Source: an uncultured archaeon (lineage in GTDB: Archaea; Asgardarchaeota; Lokiarchaeia; Sigyniarchaeales; SOKP01). Taken from it: a DNA stretch of 64,000 nt. A program made the position numbers and the translations under genes. The notes beneath the pieces are model-generated. The model saw only the letters and a list, made by a program, of their open reading frames with translations, made no database searches and was not told where the DNA came from. Of this stretch, positions 54,457-62,031 are shown one piece after another. The DNA is taken from positions 9,543-73,542 of the forward strand of contig CAZGJX010000005.1 of the NCBI GenBank assembly GCA_964525635.1, in the 5' to 3' direction. Every line of letters starts with the position of its first letter. Position 1 is the stretch's first letter.

Positions 54457-57400
54457 TCATTCAAACGTATCTCTCGGAGCTACTCCAATAAAACTGTTTT
54501 GATTAATACGATCCTCATGATTTATATAATTAAATTGAATTGATGTATTGAAATGATTAATTGAAAAAGGTTTGTTAAAAAAGCTATATACTTCATTTTG
54601 AACTTTATCAACACCCCGCACTATAAAATAATAATTACCATCTGGGAGTGTTCTACTATCAATCACATATGAGTAATAATCGCGATCCTCATAATAAGAA
54701 TTAATGAGATGCCAGGAGGCTATGTCTGGATTTTCTAATTCTGGATAAGATTCTGACAAGTAAAACTCTAGTGAAGTAATCTCTTTCCCCAGATTATAGG
54801 ACTGAAAATTGATATACCCATCAACTATTTCATTGTTGATAATTGCCGCCCAACTTCCATCAACATCCTTAAGTACAGAAGAATTTACAAGTAATTCTAG
54901 CCCGATATAATCATCAATTTCCAAATTCATTAGTGCTGTATTAAAAATAGCTATTTCATCCATTTTTCCTGCATAATAACTATTTGAGGTTAATTCGCCT
55001 CCAAATATTAGGGCTCCTCCGCTCGTAATTGTATTATTAGCTACTAACCATGGTTCTGCCATCCCCCCTTCTGCTGCATAATACCACATATCTTTAATAT
55101 ATACGTCAACATCGCTGTTATTAAATCGAAGAATAACAAGTTGCCATTCATTTTCTTTAATTGATCCTATATCTCCATACTGCGCTGTTGCAGCTATATC
55201 TGTAGTGTTTAAGAACGCTTGGACATAACCTGTCTCAGAGATGCCCAACTCAAACATATTTCTCTTCGATAGAAATACATTTTTAATCCCATTATTGCTT
55301 ACAGCATCAGAACTTAGATTTGTAGGATAGATCCAAGATAAAATAGTGAATTCTGAGCTATTATAGAGTTCAGAATCTAAAATCTCACCAAAATCAATAT
55401 AATCACTCTCACCATCAAATTCAACTCCTCCTCCATGTTTTCCAATTGTCCAAAATGTATCACCTGCTAATAATCCTTCATACTCATTTATTGAATCATA
55501 TGTTTGCTGACCGTAACTCTCCAAAAATTCCGCTTTAAAAATTAAATTGTCAATATAAGTGTGGGAAATATCTGGAATTGTGCGAAATGATTTTAATAAT
55601 TGAGAAAATGTAAAAGTCCATTCGTCAGGGATAAGATCTCCATTATGATCAATAAAAAATCTTTCCTCTTCAGATACTCCACTTAACCCTGCGTATTCCT
55701 CATGTAGCAGACGTTTATAGAGGTCATCTCCATCATAAGCTATTTTTGAAAGAGCATTCGTTTCAAAATAGCCGTATACTTTATGGATGTAAGCAAGATG
55801 ACCATATTTATCCGTACTTACAGTATTGATTAATTTATATCTATTATTTACTTCTAGATATAATTTAATACCATCTAACTGGACGCCCTTTCCTCTGGAA
55901 TCCACTATTGTGCAGTTCCACATAACAGTCCAAGAGCTATCTTCATTTTCAAAGGTAATTATAGCTCCTGCATCAAGACCATTTCGATTATAAAACTCCG
56001 ATGGCCTTACTGATAACTGATCTCTTTCAAGGGTGATTTGATATGTTACAACTTGAGAAGAATGCCATGAGAACCATTGATATTTTTTAAGGTAACCTTT
56101 TAGTTCATAATCCCCGGGTAAAAGATTGTAGTTATCAAAGAAGAGATCATTATAGAGCTTTATTTCCTCTTTAGGACCGTTTACAATACCAGATTTAAGG
56201 TTATATGAGAATTGCAGTTCTCTTCCTGCTTTATTACTGATATTTTGAGGAGTTAGGGTAAATAATAACTGCGAAGATTGACTTAATGCTAAATCAGTCT
56301 CTGTTCTTGCAATTAGTCTATCATTTATAGATAAGGGTTCTAACTCACTTAGATATCCATACTCGAGATCATCATAATTTTCCGAGCCATATCGAGCGAA
56401 TTCTATTTTTGGTTGGTCTATATTTACAGTAAAAGGAATTGATGCCAGCCACGGCACAATCATTAAAAAGATTAATATTAAGTACGCATATGCTTGAAGC
56501 TTTCCATCTAAGCGCCCTTGTAATCTTTCCCTTATACTCTTACTTTTTCTTTTTGCTCTAATATGGCATTTTTTGGTAAATATAACTCCTGGAATAAGTA
56601 AGAGGAGAAGAAAAATTATAGTATAGACCGGAAAGATAAAAAAGATGACAATTGCCCCTAAGCAAAGAGAAAAAGAGGTGATCAATAAATAATTCGTCTT
56701 TTTTATATGGTATTTGTGTGGAAATATAAAATATAAATAATTACTAATAAAATTCCTTTTTCTATATAAGGTTTCTGTAATTATAATTGTAATTAGAAAT
56801 ATAGCAATAAAAGAAAAATAATCCTGTACTTGAACTAGAAAATATAAAATATTTCCTAGGATTATATCAAAAGCAATTAATATAATTGACATTATCTTGA
56901 ATTTCTTTATAGAACTAATCCTTTCTATTAAATATAGATTTAAAATAACTACAGCAATAAACATGATCAATATTGCTCTTGAGTTATTCCCAATTTGCCC
57001 TAACTGAGAAAAATAAAAGGAAATACATATTACACTCGAAGTTATTAAAAGAATAACTGAGGTGAGGAGTAAATTTTTATCTTTTACCTTATTTCCTTTT
57101 TGATTTTTCAAGTAAATGAAATTAGCGCATAAAAATATTGTCGTAAAAATAGATAATGCCCAAAGGATGCCAAGAAAGAGAAAAAATAACCCCAGACTAA
57201 ATTCTATTATACTGGAAATATAGAGGAATTTTATACATTTATTGCTTAACCTTTTATTATTTCTATATAGGTATAGACATATAGAAAAATAGAGAAACTC
57301 AATAGAGAACCATAAAAATCTATACTCCATATTTAAACTTAATAAAGTGGATATTTGCTTTGTGAGATCAATCTGTTCACTTTTGAAAGGTATAGCAGAT

Positions 57401-59061
57401 AATACGGAGATCGCAGAAAATATCAAGACAAAGAATATGAATAAAGATGCTACTAATGGGAATAGTATAGATATAATATTGTATGCTGTCGTATTTGATT
57501 TAGATCCCTTAAATATCGATATAATTTTGGCTTTTTTCTTTTTACAAGTGTCTCTAATTGTTAGGCACTTTGTCTTTAAGGAAGATTTTATGTTATCTTT
57601 TAATTCTATGATAGTAAAATATATTCTTTTTAGGAAATTTTTTGAATCAATTTTAAATACTTTAAAGTTAAAATCTTTCATATGTTGATTTATTCTTTCT
57701 ATTTTTTGAATAAAGAAAAAATCGACTATACTATAAAGCAGAAGGGATAAAGTGTTCTCTTTTCTTTCTTTTTTTAAAAAAAATATTATATTTTGATTTG
57801 AAGAAAATGATTTAGGTTTTTTTGAACACCTTTTCCTTATAAAATAATTGAATCTCTCTAAAAAGCGTTTATATATTTCCTTAACATACCATTTAAAAAA
57901 CTGAAAATACAGGCTGATATTTAAGATTTTATTGGATAACGCATCATTTTTTCTTGTTTTCTTAAAAAAGAATATTATATTTTTATTTGAAGAAAATGGT
58001 CTGAATTTTTTTGAAAACTTTATTTTTATAAAAAAATTGAATTCCTCTAAAAAGCGCTTGTATGCCTCCTTGATATACCATTTAAAGAACTGAAAATACA
58101 GGTTGATATTTAAGATTTTATTATGGAAAAAGGTCTTGAATTTTTCTAGATATTGGTTAATTTTTTTTACATAATAACTTAAAAAAGAATAATAAAAGCT
58201 CAAAATAAGAAGAAAAAAGAGATTTCTTGTTCCTTGATAAAAAAATAATATTTTGTTATGCGATGAAAGGTGATGAAAGGTGATATTTTCGATATAATTA
58301 TGCTTAAAGCTTGCAAATTTCTTTTGTATCTTTTGTGGAGTGGATTTTATCTTTCTTTTTGTCTTGAAAATTGAATTTTTTCTATAAGATTTATCATAAA
58401 TAGCTTTAATTTCCCGAAGAACTTTTTCAAATGATTTTCTCTCTTTTTTAGGAGTCTTGGTTAGTAGTTCAAAATATATTTTAATTCTTTTGCAGAAATC
58501 ATATAAATTAACTTTTCTTGAATACTTGAGGAATTTTCTTATATTTTTTCCATTCTCAATATTATAGAGTAAATTATCAAATATTACCCTATATTCCTCA
58601 TCAGAACAGACACTATGATCTATTGTATTGTAGTGCTCCTTAATATATGCAAGAGAGTGGTTATATAATGAATTTAAAAGATTTAGTTCTTTATTCCCGA
58701 TCTTCATGAACCTCTTTAATTGGATATAAAACAAAGAAATAAAGATAACATCATTAATCTCATTTTTATTAAGCTCTCTGAAATTGAGGTGAGATCTTAC
58801 AAATTGAGATAAAATAGGTGAATAATATTGCTTTATATACTCTACTCTCTCGCTTTCTTTCTGTCTTAGTACTCTTTCCTTTTGTCTTCTCTCTTCTTCT
58901 ATTCTTTTCTGATAAATTGTCTTTTTTAAAGCAATTTGAGGATTAGGTTTAGAATTGAGTAGTCTGAGAGGAGTATAAATATCTTTATAAAAGATTATAT
59001 TTGGTATTGTACTATTTATTCTTTTTTTTTTTATTTTATCGAGGATAGTCTCCATATACAA
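54457..59061 (-). CDS. N-terminal part of the giant protein: basic head, about 11 TM helices, extracellular LamG domain
   Basis: K/F-rich first 520 aa; hydrophobic helices at about 57480-56430; LamG (GKHGGGVEFDGESDYI...FTILSWI...GKMDEIAIFN) at about 55550-54910. It ends at a TGA that is followed in frame by the next ORF. The start is TTG 59061 or ATG 59055. Confidence 0.9.
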   Translation of the reverse strand: MYMETILDKIKKKRINSTIPNIIFYKDIYTPLRLLNSKPNPQIALKKTIYQKRIEEERRQKERVLRQKESERVEYIKQYYSPILSQFVRSHLNFRELNKNEINDVIFISLFYIQLKRFMKIGNKELNLLNSLYNHSLAYIKEHYNTIDHSVCSDEEYRVIFDNLLYNIENGKNIRKFLKYSRKVNLYDFCKRIKIYFELLTKTPKKERKSFEKVLREIKAIYDKSYRKNSIFKTKRKIKSTPQKIQKKFASFKHNYIENITFHHLSSHNKILFFYQGTRNLFFLLILSFYYSFLSYYVKKINQYLEKFKTFFHNKILNINLYFQFFKWYIKEAYKRFLEEFNFFIKIKFSKKFRPFSSNKNIIFFFKKTRKNDALSNKILNISLYFQFFKWYVKEIYKRFLERFNYFIRKRCSKKPKSFSSNQNIIFFLKKERKENTLSLLLYSIVDFFFIQKIERINQHMKDFNFKVFKIDSKNFLKRIYFTIIELKDNIKSSLKTKCLTIRDTCKKKKAKIISIFKGSKSNTTAYNIISILFPLVASLFIFFVLIFSAISVLSAIPFKSEQIDLTKQISTLLSLNMEYRFLWFSIEFLYFSICLYLYRNNKRLSNKCIKFLYISSIIEFSLGLFFLFLGILWALSIFTTIFLCANFIYLKNQKGNKVKDKNLLLTSVILLITSSVICISFYFSQLGQIGNNSRAILIMFIAVVILNLYLIERISSIKKFKIMSIILIAFDIILGNILYFLVQVQDYFSFIAIFLITIIITETLYRKRNFISNYLYFIFPHKYHIKKTNYLLITSFSLCLGAIVIFFIFPVYTIIFLLLLLIPGVIFTKKCHIRAKRKSKSIRERLQGRLDGKLQAYAYLILIFLMIVPWLASIPFTVNIDQPKIEFARYGSENYDDLEYGYLSELEPLSINDRLIARTETDLALSQSSQLLFTLTPQNISNKAGRELQFSYNLKSGIVNGPKEEIKLYNDLFFDNYNLLPGDYELKGYLKKYQWFSWHSSQVVTYQITLERDQLSVRPSEFYNRNGLDAGAIITFENEDSSWTVMWNCTIVDSRGKGVQLDGIKLYLEVNNRYKLINTVSTDKYGHLAYIHKVYGYFETNALSKIAYDGDDLYKRLLHEEYAGLSGVSEEERFFIDHNGDLIPDEWTFTFSQLLKSFRTIPDISHTYIDNLIFKAEFLESYGQQTYDSINEYEGLLAGDTFWTIGKHGGGVEFDGESDYIDFGEILDSELYNSSEFTILSWIYPTNLSSDAVSNNGIKNVFLSKRNMFELGISETGYVQAFLNTTDIAATAQYGDIGSIKENEWQLVILRFNNSDVDVYIKDMWYYAAEGGMAEPWLVANNTITSGGALIFGGELTSNSYYAGKMDEIAIFNTALMNLEIDDYIGLELLVNSSVLKDVDGSWAAIINNEIVDGYINFQSYNLGKEITSLEFYLSESYPELENPDIASWHLINSYYEDRDYYSYVIDSRTLPDGNYYFIVRGVDKVQNEVYSFFNKPFSINHFNTSIQFNYINHEDRINQNSFIGVAPRDTFE
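57770..58122 (-). repeat. Two diverged tandem copies of a 189-bp (63-aa) coding repeat
   Basis: NKILNI.LYFQFFKWY.KE.YKRFLE.FN.FI....SKK...FSSN.NIIFF occurs twice; matching DNA starts at 57782 and 57971. Confidence 0.9.
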
Positions 59062-59636
59062 ACACTTTTTTTTACTATTTTATTTTAATTTTTTTACTTA
59101 AAGTTGTTATAATCTATTTTTATTTAAACAAAAAATTTAGATACGATTTTCTTAATAAATGAATTAATCTCTATAGATGATGAGGAATATGCGAGATGAC
59201 TTATTTTAGTTTTTTTTTGAAAAGAAATTGAGCAATATTTTTTGAAAAATCTTTTTCTTAATTTTTTTAGATCATCTAAAATCGGTCGAAAATTTTTCCT
59301 CAAAAGTGAACTGTGGTGTATCATATTGAATCTAATACGAATTGGAGGATAGCTAAATTATTTTACTCCAATACTAATTTTTGGCTAAATTTGGTATATT
59401 GTATCTAATTATTTTAAAGAGTATTTATACTTTTACTTATTTCAATTACATCACGGGTGAATTAATTGTTCCTAATGTCGAGATTTACTTCTGATTAGCT
59501 TTATCTTACACAGAATTCTAAAGATAAAAATTATAATAATTATTAGCGCTTTAAAAGAATATTAAAGGATTGATCTGAAATATGGTAATTTATTTTTATT
59601 TATGCCCTTAATTCATTTTTTTCTTTTATATAGAAG

Positions 59637-59648
59637 TAACTATAGTTA
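59637..59648. promoter_or_regulatory. 12-bp perfect palindrome TAACTATAGTTA, candidate operator
   Basis: Lies between a TATA-like TTTTATATA (59624-59632) and the wHTH ATG at 59680. Confidence 0.35.
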
Positions 59649-59679
59649 TTCTGTAGTGCAATAAAAATAAAAATACACG

Positions 59680-60030
59680 ATGAAGTTCGAAAATTTTGAG
59701 CATCAACTATATCGATCATTTGATATTATTAAATGCCTAGTATATATTTGCAAGCATGAATGCAATTTATCAGATTTAGAGGGCAAATTCCCAGGCAGAA
59801 AAAACACATTATTGAGATATATAAGAAATCTGGAAGATACTAAGCATATAATAAAGATATTTCCTAATTCAATTAAAAAAATAACAAAAAAGACAGAATA
59901 TACTATATACGCAACAGAAAAATTAAAGAATTGGGTACACATAAATATTAATACCATAGATATGAGAATTAAGTCCATAAAGAAGACCATGGAAGAGAAG
60001 ATTGAAAAAAAGCCTGAGACAGAAAGTTAG
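59680..60030 (+). CDS. Winged helix-turn-helix protein (MarR/ArsR-like), divergent from the giant gene
   Basis: CNLSDL.......NTLLRYIRNLEDTKHIIK...YTIYATEK pattern. Confidence 0.7.
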   Translation: MKFENFEHQLYRSFDIIKCLVYICKHECNLSDLEGKFPGRKNTLLRYIRNLEDTKHIIKIFPNSIKKITKKTEYTIYATEKLKNWVHININTIDMRIKSIKKTMEEKIEKKPETES

Positions 60031-60082
60031 ATCTAATTCATTATGGTATTTTAAAAATAAAAAAAATTGTTTGAATAAGTTT

Positions 60083-61024
60083 TTATCTGTGAATATCCTT
60101 CTTCTTAAAAAAGATAAATCCTATAACCAATAGCAGCACTGCGATGGAAAGTAATAAGATTAAAGATCCTAAAGGAGCCCAATAACTAGTGTCTTCATAA
60201 CCTATAACAACTTGGTCCTCAACAATAGATCTTATTAATCCATTCACTTCAAAGAAAACATAATTCTCAATCTGAATAAGTTTAGAAAGATAATAGAAAA
60301 TATTAATAAAATGATATCCAAGATCAAAATTATATATTTGATATTTTTCATAGAAGGTTGTCCTTCCGCCCATAGAAAAGGCAATACCGATCCTAACCAT
60401 GAAAAGCACTAAAAACAAAAAGATCACTACTATAAGAGGTATTGTAATCACATTTATAGGCTTTCTCAATAAGCAAGACATTGCCATAGTAAGACATTCG
60501 AAGAATATTAACACTATTAAAGAATAAATAACGTTTATAAAGAAAAAGGGGATAATATCGTAAAACGGATATCTAATATAGGCAATTAGACATATAACAA
60601 AGAATGATGTGATACTAAGAATAACACCGAATGTAAATACAGCAAGAAATTTACTCAGAACGACTTTACTTCGAGTGATGGATTTGCTTAGCAATATTTC
60701 CATAGTCCCCTCTTTAACTTCACGTGAAATAAGAGGTGCTGTCAATAATGAAATAATTATTGGAAATACAATAGATAAGTTATATACAAGCACTACATAA
60801 CCAAGCCCCATTGATTCAAAAAGAGGTGTTGTTTTGTTGACAGCTGGTATATAAATCCCTAATATTAAGATAAGGGGAACAAATATCATTGCGAAAAGAG
60901 AGCCTAAAAATTTGGGTAAGGTGAATATATCTGTAAACATAGTTTTTCTAAATAATTCTAAAGTCGGACATGGTCTTTGAAAAATATTTAGTTCCTTTTC
61001 ACTTTTTATTTTACTTATCGACAT
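60083..61024 (-). CDS. ABC-2 type transporter permease
   Basis: About 6 TM helices, ISREVKEGTMEILLSKSITRSKVVLSKF motif, C-terminal FKKKDI. Confidence 0.9.
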   Translation of the reverse strand: MSISKIKSEKELNIFQRPCPTLELFRKTMFTDIFTLPKFLGSLFAMIFVPLILILGIYIPAVNKTTPLFESMGLGYVVLVYNLSIVFPIIISLLTAPLISREVKEGTMEILLSKSITRSKVVLSKFLAVFTFGVILSITSFFVICLIAYIRYPFYDIIPFFFINVIYSLIVLIFFECLTMAMSCLLRKPINVITIPLIVVIFLFLVLFMVRIGIAFSMGGRTTFYEKYQIYNFDLGYHFINIFYYLSKLIQIENYVFFEVNGLIRSIVEDQVVIGYEDTSYWAPLGSLILLLSIAVLLLVIGFIFFKKKDIHR

Positions 61025-62009
61025 TTTGCTCCTCTCCTTTACTATTTTTATTATTATCCATCATATCAAGAAAGATATCTTGCAATGAAAACTCTTTTCT
61101 CGAGAATTTTTTCATAGCTAGATCCTTTCCTATAACAATTTTTGGCACTTCCTTTTCAATTTTATCAGCATCTTTTGGTATAATATGAATAAATTGGTCA
61201 TCGTCATTTATCCATACCTTCTCAATAAATTCATTTGACTTTAAATCTTGTAAGACCTCTTCATTGGAGCTTGTATTAAGAATATAAGTGTTTTTACCAC
61301 CTGAATGAATTTTCTTTATGTTTTCGATAGTATCTGTTAAAATTATCTTTCCCTTGTTAATAATGGTGATTTTATTGCACATTTGTTCAATTTCAGATAA
61401 TACGTGACTTGAGACAAAAATACTTACTCTTTCTGATAGTGCTCTTATATCTTTTACTATGCTATCTCGTTGCACTGGATCTAAATTTGAGGTTGGCTCA
61501 TCTAAAATTAGGATTTCGGGATCTCCTATTAAGGCTCCAGCTATAGCCACCTTTTGCTTCATTCCTCCGGAATATGTTTCAATTTTTCTATTTTGAGCCT
61601 CTGTTAGATCAAATCTTTCTAGTAAACCCATAGTCTTACTTTTTGCTTCATTTTTTCTGATTCTACTCATACGAGCTATATGCATTAAATATTGTCTTCC
61701 TGTCATCTTCGAGTATAGAGCTGGTTCTTGCGGAAGAAACCCTATTATACGACGAGCTTCGCTAGATGGAGCTTTCAGCCCTTTGATTTTTGCTTCTCCC
61801 TTAGTGATTGAAATTAAACCAATAAGCATATTAATTGTAGAGGTTTTTCCTGCTCCATTGGGTCCTAGGAATCCATGGACTTCTGGTTCCATAGAAATAT
61901 CTATTCCATCCACGGCTTTTACCTCATGCTCTCCTTTTCCATAATACTTAGTTAGATCATGAGTCCAAATCTCGAGACTGCTTGGATCAACATTTTTTTC
62001 TATAGTCAT
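61011..62009 (-). CDS. ABC-2 type transporter ATP-binding protein
   Basis: Walker A GPNGAGKTS, signature YSGGMKQ, Walker B ILILDEPT, H-loop SSH. Confidence 0.95.
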   Translation of the reverse strand: MTIEKNVDPSSLEIWTHDLTKYYGKGEHEVKAVDGIDISMEPEVHGFLGPNGAGKTSTINMLIGLISITKGEAKIKGLKAPSSEARRIIGFLPQEPALYSKMTGRQYLMHIARMSRIRKNEAKSKTMGLLERFDLTEAQNRKIETYSGGMKQKVAIAGALIGDPEILILDEPTSNLDPVQRDSIVKDIRALSERVSIFVSSHVLSEIEQMCNKITIINKGKIILTDTIENIKKIHSGGKNTYILNTSSNEEVLQDLKSNEFIEKVWINDDDQFIHIIPKDADKIEKEVPKIVIGKDLAMKKFSRKEFSLQDIFLDMMDNNKNSKGEEQNVDK

Positions 62010-62031
62010 GATGTTTTATCAATCCTATTTT

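Noticed and set aside
54457-54459. Selenocysteine as the specific reading of the in-frame UGA
   Set aside because: There is no redox-type (CxxU-like) context, I could not identify a SECIS, and the 3' UTR would be 38 kb away. It is kept only as a minor alternative.
17420-57688. About 25 short ORFs (60-113 aa) in the track that overlap the giant gene on either strand
   Set aside because: These are antisense or out-of-frame shadows of a long coding frame, with no motifs.
59124-59324. 66-aa basic ORF upstream of the giant gene
   Set aside because: Short, low-complexity and without motifs. It could be real but cannot be supported from sequence alone.
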